64,000 nt of DNA from Escherichia phage PP01: the sequence record NC_054930.1; one strand, 5' to 3'. This document shows positions 28,461 to 39,242 of the stretch, one piece after another. Position 1 is the first letter of the stretch; each line of letters opens with the position of its first letter. The position numbers and the translations under genes were made by a program. The notes beneath the pieces are model-generated. The model had not been told where the DNA came from. It made no database searches and saw only the letters and a list, made by a program, of their open reading frames with translations.

Positions 28461-28829
28461 TTAATTACCAATCGTATATTTAGGAACGAGTTTCCATTCA
28501 TGTTTTTGTTTAAAAGAAATAACTCGGAAGTTATTAGTTAAATCTTTCATAAAAGTTCTTTGACCAGGAACGATTTCAATCAGTCCCCAATCTTCTAATA
28601 GCCATGCAATCGAATCACGACGAACTTCATCTTCTTCTGTCATTTCAACTTGACGACCATCCATACGAAGCATTTCTTTAAAATGAACGATATAGTATAG
28701 TCCTTTTTTCTGAAGAATATGACAGGACTGATACAGAACTTTATCTTTATTATTAGCAATTCCCATACGAGTCAAAGTTTCTTTTACTTTCAGAAAATCT
28801 TCAGGTTTTTTAAGAGTAATTTCAATCAT
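28461..28829 (-). CDS. regA: translational repressor RegA
   Basis: 122 aa as in T4 RegA; position upstream of 43. Confidence 0.85.
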   Translation of the reverse strand: MIEITLKKPEDFLKVKETLTRMGIANNKDKVLYQSCHILQKKGLYYIVHFKEMLRMDGRQVEMTEEDEVRRDSIAWLLEDWGLIEIVPGQRTFMKDLTNNFRVISFKQKHEWKLVPKYTIGN

Positions 28830-28830
28830 T

Positions 28831-29394
28831 TTACCATTCCAATGCTAGTTTTTTGAGTTGTTTCTGTTCTTTTACATTCTTAGTCACTTCTTTTAAAAAA
28901 TCATCCGTGACTAAACCTTTTAGTTCTTTTAATACTAAAGGAAGTTTTCCATTTTTAGTAAGAATTGATTTATAGTTAATTGCATCATTTGTATTAACTT
29001 GATACCGCTTAGCAAGTAACTTAATAATCAATACTTCAGTAGAATCTTCGACCAGTTTTGCCCATTTACCACATCTTTTACCCCGAGGAACAGCAGCCAT
29101 CAGGTAATTAAAATGGGCTTCATCGCTTAAACCTGATCCAATTAAATTCATAGCATATACAGCTGGCATGCATTCAGGAAATTGTGATAATGCATTCTCA
29201 ACCATGTATTTTGAATAATCTTTTTGAGCAATAGAGCATTTAGTTTTATTATTAATAGCTCCAATTATTTCAAAAAACTCATTTTCAGCTTTTTCTTTAA
29301 AAGAATCAGCAGCAGATTGGACAGCTGTCCAATCTTTTGAATACCAAGCAACTTGATGCTCGTTTAATTGAATATCATCTTCAAATAAGCTCAT
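28831..29394 (-). CDS. 62: clamp loader small subunit
   Basis: 187 aa as in T4 gp62. Confidence 0.85.
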   Translation of the reverse strand: MSLFEDDIQLNEHQVAWYSKDWTAVQSAADSFKEKAENEFFEIIGAINNKTKCSIAQKDYSKYMVENALSQFPECMPAVYAMNLIGSGLSDEAHFNYLMAAVPRGKRCGKWAKLVEDSTEVLIIKLLAKRYQVNTNDAINYKSILTKNGKLPLVLKELKGLVTDDFLKEVTKNVKEQKQLKKLALEW

Positions 29395-29395
29395 A

Positions 29396-30355
29396 TCACT
29401 TCCACTGCATTTCGCATGCCAATTGAATGAAAAGATATGCTAAATGTAATTCCGTATTAGCCGCAATTCCGTGATACTGGTTATTTTCACCAACAATTTC
29501 ATACATACGAATAATACTTTGTGGAGTTACGCGTGTATAGATTTCTTCGGCAAGTTTACCTACGAACCACGAATAATCAGCTGCATATTTTGGTGCTAAA
29601 GCTCTGAGCTGTTTAACATCTTTATTTTTGAGAGATTCAAGAACATCATCAATAGCACCACGATCGTTAGTAACCAGTGATAAAATACCAGCATCCAAAA
29701 CACCTTTAGACGAATAACTATCGAGCTCGCCAATAGTTTTACGAAAATCAGGAAAATTCTTTTTAACCAAAGCTGCTACAACTTTCATATCAGCTATAGC
29801 AATTCCTTCATGCTTACAGATTTCAGTCAATCGGCGAATCATCTGCTTCATCATTTCAATTTTATCTTCATCGGTTGGTTGACCGAACGTAATAACTCGG
29901 CAGCGTGACTGAAGCGGTTTAATAATACCATCAATATTGTTAGCAGTAATAATAATACTACAGTTTGAACTATAAGCTTCCATAAAGGAACGAAGATGTC
30001 GCTGAGACTCTGCTAACCCTGAACGGTCAAATTCATCAATAACGATTACTTTTTGACGACCATCAAATGAAGCTGCACTAGCAAAATTAGTTAAAGGACC
30101 ACGAACGAAATCAATTTTACAATCTGACCCATTCACAAACATCATATCAGCATTTACATCATGACACAATGCTTTTGCTACAGTTGTTTTACCTGTTCCT
30201 GGAGAAGGAGAATGAAGAATAATATGTGGAATCTTACCTTTACTTGTAATAGATTTAAAGGTTTCTTTATCAAAGGCGGGAAGAATACATTCATCGATAG
30301 TAGATGGACGATATTTCTGTTCAAGAATGTGTTCTTTTTCATTTACAGTAATCAT
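29396..30355 (-). CDS. 44: clamp loader ATPase subunit (AAA+)
   Basis: ORF track 29396-30370; Met at 30355 gives 319 aa as in T4 gp44; Walker A GTGKTT. Confidence 0.9.
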   Translation of the reverse strand: MITVNEKEHILEQKYRPSTIDECILPAFDKETFKSITSKGKIPHIILHSPSPGTGKTTVAKALCHDVNADMMFVNGSDCKIDFVRGPLTNFASAASFDGRQKVIVIDEFDRSGLAESQRHLRSFMEAYSSNCSIIITANNIDGIIKPLQSRCRVITFGQPTDEDKIEMMKQMIRRLTEICKHEGIAIADMKVVAALVKKNFPDFRKTIGELDSYSSKGVLDAGILSLVTNDRGAIDDVLESLKNKDVKQLRALAPKYAADYSWFVGKLAEEIYTRVTPQSIIRMYEIVGENNQYHGIAANTELHLAYLFIQLACEMQWK

Positions 30356-30384
30356 AATTTCCTCATTCAAGTTTTAGTGTAAAT

Positions 30385-30403
30385 TATAAAGGGCCGAAGC
30401 CCT
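30385..30403 (-). terminator. terminator hairpin after gene 45
   Basis: GGGC-CGAA-GCCC stem followed by TTTATAATTT on the minus strand. Confidence 0.5.
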
Positions 30404-30406
30404 CTA

Positions 30407-31093
30407 TTAAAAATCGTGGGTAGAATCAGCTTCAAGAGCTACTACATAATTCGCATGTTCACCTTCAAATTTAGCAGCGCCTTGTTTACCTTTTGCCCAG
30501 AGAAGAAGTTTATAATTTCCTGGTTGCATTTTCATATTTGCCATATTGATAATGAAATTAAATGTATTTTCACCATCATAATCACCAAGAGTCAAAGAAT
30601 ATTTAACACGGGTCAAAGCAGAATCTTCTACTTTGTTAAAACCGTTAATTACAATTTTACCTTCTTTTACTGTGATAGCAATTGTATCAATCTGCAGACC
30701 GCGAGATACACGCAACAGCTGTTGAAGGTCTTCAGCTTTAATTTCAGTAACAACAGATGCTACCGGGAATGGAATTGGTTTATTAGGAGCAACTACTGTA
30801 CTCGGATCAGCTGCTGGCCAAAAAATTGTTGAACGGGCATCAGCAATTTTAATATTACCATCTTCTGACTGGGAAATTTCTGCATCATCATTAACGAGAG
30901 ACAGAATACCAAGAAAACCGTTCAAATCGTAAATCGCTACATCAAAATCAATAGTGTCAGAAATATTTGCTTCTGCATAAGTTGTACCATTAACCGCGCG
31001 AGTCATAATAAATTGACCGGATTTAAGCATAATACCAGAGTTAATAGTAGCGAAATTTTTGAGCAGAGCAGTAGTATCTTTAGACAGTTTCAT
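30407..31093 (-). CDS. 45: sliding clamp
   Basis: 228 aa as in T4 gp45. Confidence 0.9.
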   Translation of the reverse strand: MKLSKDTTALLKNFATINSGIMLKSGQFIMTRAVNGTTYAEANISDTIDFDVAIYDLNGFLGILSLVNDDAEISQSEDGNIKIADARSTIFWPAADPSTVVAPNKPIPFPVASVVTEIKAEDLQQLLRVSRGLQIDTIAITVKEGKIVINGFNKVEDSALTRVKYSLTLGDYDGENTFNFIINMANMKMQPGNYKLLLWAKGKQGAAKFEGEHANYVVALEADSTHDF

Positions 31094-31148
31094 GTAATTT
31101 CCTTCAATTCAAATGAGATTTAATTTTATAACTAATTTAATAAAGCAA

Positions 31149-31538
31149 TTAACGATTAAAATCAGCAGCAATTGTTTCCGCAACAATTTGAGCAGCAACA
31201 ATTAGACGTTCATCTGCATTACCACAATAACCATCTTCAAGACGTTCACCACATGAAGTCATAATAAATTTAGCACCAGCATTTAGAGATTCTGCCGTAT
31301 GTTTGCGCATCAGTTCAATCCATTTATCACTCACTTCACGATCGATAGCTTCATAATACGCATGACGAGCAGGTGCAGATTTAATTTTGTTCTGAATAAC
31401 TTCCATTGCGTTATCAGAAAGAGACAAAACCCATGCTCGACGAATTTTATTTTGGTTTTGTGGATTTGAATCAGAACGCACGTGTTTTGGTTGAATATCT
31501 TTTACATCAACAGTATAATTCACAGTAATTTTAGTCAT
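31149..31538 (-). CDS. rpbA: RNA polymerase-binding protein RpbA
   Basis: 129 aa; position downstream of 45. Confidence 0.65.
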   Translation of the reverse strand: MTKITVNYTVDVKDIQPKHVRSDSNPQNQNKIRRAWVLSLSDNAMEVIQNKIKSAPARHAYYEAIDREVSDKWIELMRKHTAESLNAGAKFIMTSCGERLEDGYCGNADERLIVAAQIVAETIAADFNR

Positions 31539-31547
31539 AATACACCT

Positions 31548-31736
31548 TTAGTCATAATAATCAGTAACAGTCCAAGCTTCATTTCTGTTGGACATTATTT
31601 TCGTATATTCTGATTTAAATGCATTCTTAAGCATAGATTCAGTAACTATATGCTCTTCATTAGAAAAATTATTTCTCAGAATATATCGTTTTATTTCAGG
31701 AATAGTTAATAGATGCTGTCCAGTTGAATATTCCAT
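31548..31736 (-). CDS. small hypothetical protein
   Basis: 62-aa ORF. Confidence 0.45.
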   Translation of the reverse strand: MEYSTGQHLLTIPEIKRYILRNNFSNEEHIVTESMLKNAFKSEYTKIMSNRNEAWTVTDYYD

Positions 31737-31749
31737 GTTTTTCCTCCAT

Positions 31750-31785
31750 AGAGATTATACTCTAATAAATTAAAGTATAATCTCT
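31750..31785. promoter_or_regulatory. perfect 11-bp inverted repeat carrying TATAAT in both orientations
   Basis: AGAGATTATAC ... GTATAATCTCT separated by 14 nt, between gene 46 and the 45.2-rpbA-45 block. Confidence 0.4.
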
Positions 31786-31791
31786 TATAAA

Positions 31792-33474
31792 TTAAACCAT
31801 TACAGTAAATCGACCAACTTTCTTCATTTGAAGATGCTGACCATATGCTTGCGGGTCATGGTCTCTGTGTGAAATAACAAAAACATTAGTATTTTTTAAA
31901 CTATCTAAAATAGTTGAAATAGCTTTTACACCTTCAACATCGGTTGCTGAATCAAAAACTTCATCAAGAATTAATGTGTTTATTTTAACACCTGAAACTT
32001 TTTCAGCAATATCACGCCAAGTAAATAAAAGAGCAATATCAATTCGTGCTTTTTCACCTTGACTAAATGAAGCATAACTAAAATCTTCACGACCACGGGA
32101 TTTAATTGTCTCATTAAATTCTTCATCTAATGTAAACACATAATCCGCTTCCATTATTTTAAGATAATGGTTAATCTGCTTATTAAATAATGGAATGTAC
32201 TTTTTAATAATAGCACCTTTAATACCAGAATCTTTGAGCATATCAGTCAAAATTCCTCGGTGGTATTTTTCCATTACTAAATTAGTTTTTGTCTTAACAA
32301 TTTTATCAAGTTCTTCTTGAAGCAGTGCTATTTCATCAGCATGGTCAATAAACTCAGAAGATGCTTTTTCTATAGCCGCTTTAACCTTTTTAGCTTTATC
32401 TACCGTCGTGATTAGAGATTGCTTTTTATTGCGAATATCATTTGCCAACGACTGTTGGGTTTTAATATTATCTCGGTATTCATCAACAAGAACTTTTAAA
32501 TTATCACGATGTGTTGAAAGCTGTTCAAACGAATGCGTACATTCAGAAACTTTATCTTTAATTTTAGAAACAACTTTATCACCGGAACTTAATTGTGACA
32601 AACAGGTTGGACATAATCCACCTTCGTGATACATATTAATGACTTTATTATACGAGTCAATTTTTGATTTAATTAAAACTGCTTCTTGACCGATTTTATT
32701 AAATGCATCAGTAGGGTCTTCATCTAAAACAATATTAACTAATCTTTCGTTAGCTTCTTCTATTTCCGATTTTAGCGTTCTAGCTTCTTTTGCCAAATCA
32801 TCATACATATTTTGCAGACGAGTAAGGTTGTCACCCGTTAATTTTTTCTGGCGTTCAACGTTATCATTATATATTTTAATTTGTTGGATAATACTATCTT
32901 TTTTAACATCAAGCACTTGGTTCTGCGAATTTAATTCACGTATTAGTGCTTTATTAAGCTTATCCATTTCAGCTAATGTTCCTACCTCAAGCAAGTCTTC
33001 CACAAGCTTTCTTCGTGCAGGGGTCGACAAACCCATGAAAGGGGTATACCCTGCTGTACCAAGAACAACAATCTGCTTGAAACTGGCATATGACATTCCG
33101 ATAAGCTGTTCAAATTCTGCTTGGAAATCTTTACTGCTGGCAGATTCATTAAGACGTGTACCGTTAACGGTGATTTCGAAAACGTTTGGTTTTTGTCCTC
33201 TTTTGATATAGTACTTTTTCTCATCATATTCCATCCACAGTTCAACTAAAAGTTCTTTCTTATTTGTGCTGTTTATTAATTGACCTTTCTTTACATCACG
33301 AAATGGCTTGCCAAAAAGCCCAAATGTGATGGCTTCTAGCATAGTAGACTTACCACCGCCATTTCGCCCAGTAATAAGAGTTTTTTGAACCTTATCTAAT
33401 TGAATGTCAACTCCATTTTGACCAACTGACATTATATTTTTATATTTTACTCTATTAAGTTTAAATGATTTCAT
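31792..33474 (-). CDS. 46: recombination endonuclease subunit (Rad50/SbcC-like)
   Basis: 560 aa as in T4 gp46; Walker A GRNGGGKST, coiled coil, CPTC zinc hook. Confidence 0.9.
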   Translation of the reverse strand: MKSFKLNRVKYKNIMSVGQNGVDIQLDKVQKTLITGRNGGGKSTMLEAITFGLFGKPFRDVKKGQLINSTNKKELLVELWMEYDEKKYYIKRGQKPNVFEITVNGTRLNESASSKDFQAEFEQLIGMSYASFKQIVVLGTAGYTPFMGLSTPARRKLVEDLLEVGTLAEMDKLNKALIRELNSQNQVLDVKKDSIIQQIKIYNDNVERQKKLTGDNLTRLQNMYDDLAKEARTLKSEIEEANERLVNIVLDEDPTDAFNKIGQEAVLIKSKIDSYNKVINMYHEGGLCPTCLSQLSSGDKVVSKIKDKVSECTHSFEQLSTHRDNLKVLVDEYRDNIKTQQSLANDIRNKKQSLITTVDKAKKVKAAIEKASSEFIDHADEIALLQEELDKIVKTKTNLVMEKYHRGILTDMLKDSGIKGAIIKKYIPLFNKQINHYLKIMEADYVFTLDEEFNETIKSRGREDFSYASFSQGEKARIDIALLFTWRDIAEKVSGVKINTLILDEVFDSATDVEGVKAISTILDSLKNTNVFVISHRDHDPQAYGQHLQMKKVGRFTVMV

Positions 33475-33489
33475 TTTGTATCCAATTGT

Positions 33490-34344
33490 TCACAATGAAG
33501 AAAATTCTTTAACTAAAGCCTGTAATGAAGCCTCTATTGGATATCCATTCTTAACTAACATTTTCCTAAACATTACATGTTTAGGACGATTATATGATAT
33601 CCACAATTCATACAATTTATCTTTATTATCCCAATGATAGCCTTTTCGTCGAGATGCTATATGAGCTTTTCTAATCTCCGGATTTTTCCAACTAGCAGCT
33701 ACTGAATTTGATATAGCTATTTTATATTCAGGTTTTGATAAAGCAGCACGAACAGCCTTTTGGTGTTTAATTTTATTTTCTTCGTTATTAAACCATTCCC
33801 TTGAAGCCATTGAAATTTTTTGTTTTGTTTTAAAATTATTTAATCTTTCTTTATTATCTTTCCTATTTTTTGCTACTGAAAAATATTTTAATGCCCTTTC
33901 TCTAGCAGCATTTCTATTTTGCGGATTTGAATAATACTGTTGAAGCCTTTTTGATATTGTGTCACTTACATCTTGTTTTATAAAACTATATTCAGCAGCT
34001 ATTAAATCAACTTCGGCTAAAGATAAATTTTTATATGTTTTTCCTGACATCATTCTATTTAAAGCATTTAACATTTTTCCATTTTTACCTTTTGCTAATA
34101 AGAAGTGTGCTTTAAAATGATTAAAATGACTTAAATTAACTAAATTCCATGTAGATTTTAAATATTCAGGAAATATTGATTTAGGAAGCACGTGGTGTGC
34201 TTCCGTTTTACCTGGAGTTTTAACAGTTGAATTCACAGAAATAAAATTAATGTAAGACTTGGCGTCTTCTTCACTCAACGCTAATTTTTCAACTAATTCC
34301 TTTATTAAAAATTCATCATTAATGTCAAGTTTAAAATTCTTCAC
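33490..34344 (-). CDS. free-standing HNH homing endonuclease
   Basis: 284 aa; HNH motif EAHHVLPKS...NLVNLSHFNHFKAH; basic repeat-rich C-terminus; GTG start. Confidence 0.7.
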   Translation of the reverse strand: MKNFKLDINDEFLIKELVEKLALSEEDAKSYINFISVNSTVKTPGKTEAHHVLPKSIFPEYLKSTWNLVNLSHFNHFKAHFLLAKGKNGKMLNALNRMMSGKTYKNLSLAEVDLIAAEYSFIKQDVSDTISKRLQQYYSNPQNRNAARERALKYFSVAKNRKDNKERLNNFKTKQKISMASREWFNNEENKIKHQKAVRAALSKPEYKIAISNSVAASWKNPEIRKAHIASRRKGYHWDNKDKLYELWISYNRPKHVMFRKMLVKNGYPIEASLQALVKEFSSL

Positions 34345-34604
34345 AAAAGATTCCTTTTAATGTATCTTTTAGACCATTCTATCATATCATCATAATCTAA
34401 AAAGTATTCATCAAATTCAGCCATGCAAACAACACCTTGTGCTGTTTTTGATGTAATATAAATTATTCCAACATATCTAGAATCTTCTTCGGTATAATCA
34501 ATGTTTGCTATGAATTCATCATTAATGTCAAATGTCGAAAACTTCACAGTATGCATCCTTAATACAAGATACAGCCATATCTCGCAATGATTTAGGTGTG
34601 TCAT
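34341..34604 (-). CDS. small hypothetical protein (46.1/46.2-like)
   Basis: 87-aa ORF; contains FDINDEFI duplicated from the HNH gene N-terminus. Confidence 0.4.
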   Translation of the reverse strand: MTHLNHCEIWLYLVLRMHTVKFSTFDINDEFIANIDYTEEDSRYVGIIYITSKTAQGVVCMAEFDEYFLDYDDMIEWSKRYIKRNLL

Positions 34605-34791
34605 TATCTAAAATGTTGAAGTTAAAAGATACAGCCCAGTCAGTGCAGACCGTAACCTTTTTAATACAATTATCTTCAACCTCTAGCGGTTCAAACCAAT
34701 ATTCAATAATTTCTTTATGCCCAATATCATCTTTTACTTCGCATTCAAAATGCTGACTCATCATAACATTTTTAAATTCATCAAAAGTCAT
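34528..34791 (-). CDS. small hypothetical protein
   Basis: 87-aa ORF overlapping the gene 47 stop and the previous ORF. Confidence 0.4.
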   Translation of the reverse strand: MTFDEFKNVMMSQHFECEVKDDIGHKEIIEYWFEPLEVEDNCIKKVTVCTDWAVSFNFNILDNDTPKSLRDMAVSCIKDAYCEVFDI

Positions 34792-35807
34792 TGTGTTGCC
34801 TCTACATATAACTGATTTGCATATTGAATAAGTGCTTCGCGGTCAGAATCAGTGATGTCTGGAATTGCATTAATATATTCTTCCATCAACGTTTGAAGAG
34901 ATTGAACTTCAACTTCTTCACTATCATCTGACTCGACAGAGTTATCAATCTTTGACACAACTCGTAATGAATGCACAACTTTTTCTAGTTCAGATTCGAA
35001 CTTCGTTAGATTTTTGTCTACTTCAGTTACTATAACACGTACTGATAGATTTGTAAAATCTTTATAGTCAATTTTTCCTTTAAATGGATAATGAATTCTA
35101 CGATGCCAGGTAGTATTGTTTGGAATAAATTCCATTCGTTCTGTTTCTGTATCAAACATCCAGAACCCGCGAGGGTCATTCTCGTCACCTGCAGTTAGTG
35201 TCCATGGTGTCCCAATATATCTGACGTTTGCAGCCTCAGAAATAGTATGGAAGTGACCAGACCACACTTCTTTATAAGTCTTAAGGAAATCAGGTTCAAG
35301 ACCGTGAGATTTCATTCCTTTATAAAAATAAAATCCATTCAGTTCCCAGTGACCAACACAAAAAGAAGCAGATGAAGTTTTGATGTGTTCAAGAATTTCA
35401 CCAGTATTTTCTTCGCACATCCAAGGAATTAAATCAATCAAACATCCGTCAAAATCTACTGTAGTAGGCTTATCATATACTTTAACATTAGGATATTTAG
35501 CCAAAAGCTCAGTAGAAGCATTTGGAGTTAAAGTATTTTTAAAGTGCATATCATGGTTTCCTACAACAGTATGTAGGGTAATACCAGCATCATCAAGCAT
35601 TTGAACTATTTCACGAGCGAACTCCATAGTTTTATGCGTGATTGCTTTTCGCACATCAAAAATATCGCCGTATTGAATCCATGTAGTAATTCCGTTTTTC
35701 TTAGAATATTCTATTGCTTGTTTAATTCCATCCAACTGAATGGATTGAACCCACTCATCATCGGCTTTAACACCTAAATGCCAATCACCTAAATTTAAAA
35801 TTTTCAT
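34788..35807 (-). CDS. 47: recombination nuclease subunit (Mre11/SbcD-like phosphoesterase)
   Basis: 339 aa as in T4 gp47; metallophosphoesterase motifs GDWH, GNHD. Confidence 0.9.
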   Translation of the reverse strand: MKILNLGDWHLGVKADDEWVQSIQLDGIKQAIEYSKKNGITTWIQYGDIFDVRKAITHKTMEFAREIVQMLDDAGITLHTVVGNHDMHFKNTLTPNASTELLAKYPNVKVYDKPTTVDFDGCLIDLIPWMCEENTGEILEHIKTSSASFCVGHWELNGFYFYKGMKSHGLEPDFLKTYKEVWSGHFHTISEAANVRYIGTPWTLTAGDENDPRGFWMFDTETERMEFIPNNTTWHRRIHYPFKGKIDYKDFTNLSVRVIVTEVDKNLTKFESELEKVVHSLRVVSKIDNSVESDDSEEVEVQSLQTLMEEYINAIPDITDSDREALIQYANQLYVEATQ

Positions 35808-35966
35808 ATATCAAGAACCGTCATTGAAATGCAAAATAAAATTATTGAAATAAATCCATCTGGAGTACTAAAGAACCCAATCCAACATGCTCTGGTGAAT
35901 AGATAAAACGCTAGAAAAAGTATCACATATCCAAGAAATATCATTATATCAAACTCCGTATAAAGC

Positions 35967-35984
35967 TAAAGGGCCGAAGCCCTT
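35967..35984. terminator. palindromic GC hairpin between alpha-gt and gene 47
   Basis: AAAGGGC-CGAA-GCCCTTT; same architecture as 4328-4345. Confidence 0.45.
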
Positions 35985-37186
35985 TATTTTGTAATAATGT
36001 CAAACTGTTCTTTAAAGCAGAAGCTTGAATCTTGATGCTGATACAAAAATTCATAAGCTTTTTCGCGTTCACGGTCATAAAGAGCTCGGTCAGATGACAG
36101 TTCTTTAATACGCTCAAATGTTGATTCCATGTCATTTTCATCAAACCAAACGATACCGCTATCATGAGAAATTAACGGAGTATTATCAACACGGAATTTT
36201 AAATTTTCGCCAGTAGATTTCCAAAATACCGGAATTGTTCCACACGCACCAAGCTCGAGATGAGTATATTCTAAAGAACGCTGTAGATATTTTTTATCTA
36301 ATTTACTCAGCTGATAACCAAATCCGGATTTACTCATGCGTTCAAGCATTTCGCTATTTACATAACGGTCGAGAATTTGCGTTGGCAAATTAGGAGCAAT
36401 TTTAATTTGGTCTACTTGATGAAGACGATAATACTCGTATGGAATTCCTTTTTCTTTAATAGGAATGAACGCTGGAGAACGTTCCAGACCTTCCATAACA
36501 GTACTTAGTCCTGCAGGTTTAAGATGTTTTTCGTGAAAATCAAACATCTGATAAAAGCCTTTCCATGTAGTAGTACGACCAATCCAACGGTTGATATTCA
36601 TGTTAATTTCAGAAACATCTTTCCAGTAAGTTGATCGAACCTTCGCAATATCCATAGGAGGCTGAAAGTTATATACGGTCGGTGCTTCTTCAATATCATC
36701 AAACAAAGAAACTGTTTCTGGATACCATTCTTTCATTAAAACTTTATTAAAATCACCATTATCAGAATGGCTAAAAATAACATCAGCTCGACGAACAGTT
36801 TCTTCTAATCCCAAATTTCGGCGCAAAGAAAGAGAAGAATGGTCATGTTGATAAACTACAACACGAACCGAAGGTTTAATGTTATCAATAATTTTTTTAT
36901 AGTTATTAATCGTGTCTTCTTCAACTGAAGTAGCAGGAACTGAATTGATAATTAGAATATCACAATCATTTACCAACTTAAGTGTTTTATCGTATTCTTT
37001 TGCCAATAAAACCGGAATTGAAAATGACTTATAATCATGTGCGCAATTACGAGTAAATGATTTATCTTTAGCATAAACCAAAGTTACTTCATGACCATTT
37101 TTAATAAACCAATCACGTTGCTCAAGAGAAAATTTAGTTACACCACAACCTTCAAGACCTCGAGCCATAAAAATGCATACTTTCAT
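35984..37186 (-). CDS. a-gt: alpha-glucosyltransferase
   Basis: 400 aa as in T4 alpha-gt; position after gene 47. Confidence 0.85.
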   Translation of the reverse strand: MKVCIFMARGLEGCGVTKFSLEQRDWFIKNGHEVTLVYAKDKSFTRNCAHDYKSFSIPVLLAKEYDKTLKLVNDCDILIINSVPATSVEEDTINNYKKIIDNIKPSVRVVVYQHDHSSLSLRRNLGLEETVRRADVIFSHSDNGDFNKVLMKEWYPETVSLFDDIEEAPTVYNFQPPMDIAKVRSTYWKDVSEINMNINRWIGRTTTWKGFYQMFDFHEKHLKPAGLSTVMEGLERSPAFIPIKEKGIPYEYYRLHQVDQIKIAPNLPTQILDRYVNSEMLERMSKSGFGYQLSKLDKKYLQRSLEYTHLELGACGTIPVFWKSTGENLKFRVDNTPLISHDSGIVWFDENDMESTFERIKELSSDRALYDREREKAYEFLYQHQDSSFCFKEQFDIITK

Positions 37187-37238
37187 TTAATATCCTCATT
37201 GTTTTGGTTTATTTTACCAAAAATTTATAAAGCAATAT

Positions 37239-37254
37239 AGGAGCCGAAGCTCCT
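37239..37254 (-). terminator. terminator-like hairpin
   Basis: AGGAGC-CGAA-GCTCCT. Confidence 0.4.
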
Positions 37255-37426
37255 ATCCACATAATACACCATACAGAGGCTCATTAGAGCTTCTAAATTT
37301 TATGCGCTTATATGTTATAGTTCCTTCTGCTTTAGCTTTATCATGAGACTCTTTAAAGCGTCTCATCATTTCTACTTTAGAGGAACGAATTTTATTATAA
37401 TCTATTTCAGAAGTCTGGGCGTTCAT
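37253..37426 (-). CDS. small hypothetical protein
   Basis: 57-codon ORF found by hand; starts 5 nt after the upstream stop; ends in a terminator hairpin. Confidence 0.35.
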   Translation of the reverse strand: MNAQTSEIDYNKIRSSKVEMMRRFKESHDKAKAEGTITYKRIKFRSSNEPLYGVLCG

Positions 37427-37429
37427 CTT

Positions 37430-37636
37430 TCACAGTTGCCACCATTTTTTGACTTGATAAGAATCAACCCACACTTTCATATTAGGGTCTGCTCTTACAA
37501 TAGGAGGATTAACTTCTTTGATTGAACTATCATGGTATTCTTTTTCAGAAATTTTCACGCAAAGATGACCATTCAAAGATTCAGTAAATCCTGCATTAAT
37601 TTTAAGACGCTTGAATTTTACGTGTGTAAGCATCAA
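37430..37636 (-). CDS. small hypothetical protein
   Basis: 68-aa ORF. Confidence 0.4.
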   Translation of the reverse strand: MMLTHVKFKRLKINAGFTESLNGHLCVKISEKEYHDSSIKEVNPPIVRADPNMKVWVDSYQVKKWWQL

Positions 37637-37919
37637 TCATATCCTCAATCTGCGATCTAGTAGTCTTCCAAAGAATACTAATAAGTTCATCGTTATATGG
37701 CTGTTTTAGAATATCCCGACTTTTCTTGATAGCATATTCGTATTGAGCAAAATTATTGTTTTCAGCTGCAATCTGAGCGTGCTTGTAAAGACGGTTCAGT
37801 TCGCGTTTGTTTTTAGACAATAACTTATTTGCTTTTCTTTCTGCTTCAAGACGGTTCTTTTCTTCAATAGAAGAAATAAGCTTTTCCACTTCATCATTAA
37901 TTTCGGGTTTATCAGTCAT
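37602..37919 (-). CDS. hypothetical coiled-coil protein
   Basis: 105-aa ORF. Confidence 0.45.
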   Translation of the reverse strand: MTDKPEINDEVEKLISSIEEKNRLEAERKANKLLSKNKRELNRLYKHAQIAAENNNFAQYEYAIKKSRDILKQPYNDELISILWKTTRSQIEDMIDAYTRKIQAS

Positions 37920-37920
37920 A

Positions 37921-38139
37921 TTATTTCTCTAATATAAAATAAAAATCATCATCTGTTAAATGATACCGATAGTTTAATTCTACACCATTAGATTTAAAAG
38001 CGGTATCATACGGATTTTCTGGATCAATATCAATGTCAAGAGCTAAAACTTCCCTGAGATACATTTTAAGTAAATAGGGAATAGCTTCAACTTCAGGTAT
38101 TTCTTCCAAGAATCCGGAGAGGTTAATCGTTAGCCTCAT
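37921..38139 (-). CDS. small acidic hypothetical protein
   Basis: 72-aa ORF. Confidence 0.45.
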
Positions 38140-38680
38140 ATAAAAAATCCAAACTAGGAGAATCGTCTACAACACTTTTCTTTTCAGCCCCTGGTGTTCT
38201 ATAGGTTGATTCTTCGTAATGCGTCATTTTATCGTAGATGTCTTGAATAAAAGTTTCATCTACTAACGCAACCATATCGTCGTCACGACTGTCATAGACA
38301 TTGTGAACGAAGTAACTATATTTCTTTGCAACTTCCTTACGTTCTTTTTTAATACGTTGGACGAATGCATTAAAACAAGCTTGAGTTATATATGCATGTG
38401 GGTTTTTATATTTCGTTTCATCAAAATTATGAAGCCCCTTAATAGAAGCTTCTATACCATCTGCAATCATTTCTTGTTTCCAAGACTGGGTGTATCCTGA
38501 AAAGTTGAAACGTTTAGATAAGCCTTCTGCAATAAGCATAATGGCTAATCCGATGGTATCATTCTGACGAACTACTTTATTTGGGTCTTTATTATTTGCT
38601 AATTCTGTTTTCCAATCAATAATAGCTTGTAAAAGCTCTTTATTGTTTACGTAATTATATTTAGGCTTAGTTTCTGACAT
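38123..38680 (-). CDS. 55: late-transcription sigma factor
   Basis: ORF track 38123-38686; Met at 38680 gives 185 aa as in T4 gp55 ([17 protein letters not shown]...). Confidence 0.88.
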
Positions 38681-38758
38681 TTTCACCTCTTAGCTCAATT
38701 CATAGATCTATTATATCATAATATTTGAAGATCTATCTTAAAGCATAGAGGATATCAG

Positions 38759-39028
38759 TTATCTAAGTAAACAGTATGCTTGGAATACTTTCTCCATCAT
38801 CTTTTTAAATTCATGAATATCTATATAATGACTAGTTAGATCAGCATGATATAAAAAGTCTAAAAACTTTTCATGTGTACTAACATATTCACTTTCATTT
38901 AATTCAGAAACATGGCTTTCCCAATATCCAACACCAGTCTTATTTGGGAAAAATGAAATTTTCATGTATTGGTCAACATAGAAAATGCCATAATTTTCAA
39001 TAGTAATAGAAATATTAATAAATTTCAT
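38759..39028 (-). CDS. hypothetical protein
   Basis: 89-aa ORF. Confidence 0.45.
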   Translation of the reverse strand: MKFINISITIENYGIFYVDQYMKISFFPNKTGVGYWESHVSELNESEYVSTHEKFLDFLYHADLTSHYIDIHEFKKMMEKVFQAYCLLR

Positions 39029-39240
39029 ACATTCATCAACTTAGCCGCTTCGAGAGCTGCATCTAGTGAATCAAATTGATCGACATATTCAATCAGTTTG
39101 CCGTAATTAGCGTATAACCACCATTGGCTAAATTCATACTCAAGGATAAATCCATTTCCTTCAATTTGAGTTAAACCAATGCCATTTGTATTTACTTCAT
39201 ACCCAGCAAGACGTAAATCGTTAATAAGAGCTTCGTTCAT
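39025..39240 (-). CDS. small hypothetical protein
   Basis: 71-aa ORF overlapping neighbour by 4 nt. Confidence 0.45.
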   Translation of the reverse strand: MNEALINDLRLAGYEVNTNGIGLTQIEGNGFILEYEFSQWWLYANYGKLIEYVDQFDSLDAALEAAKLMNV

Positions 39241-39242
39241 AA

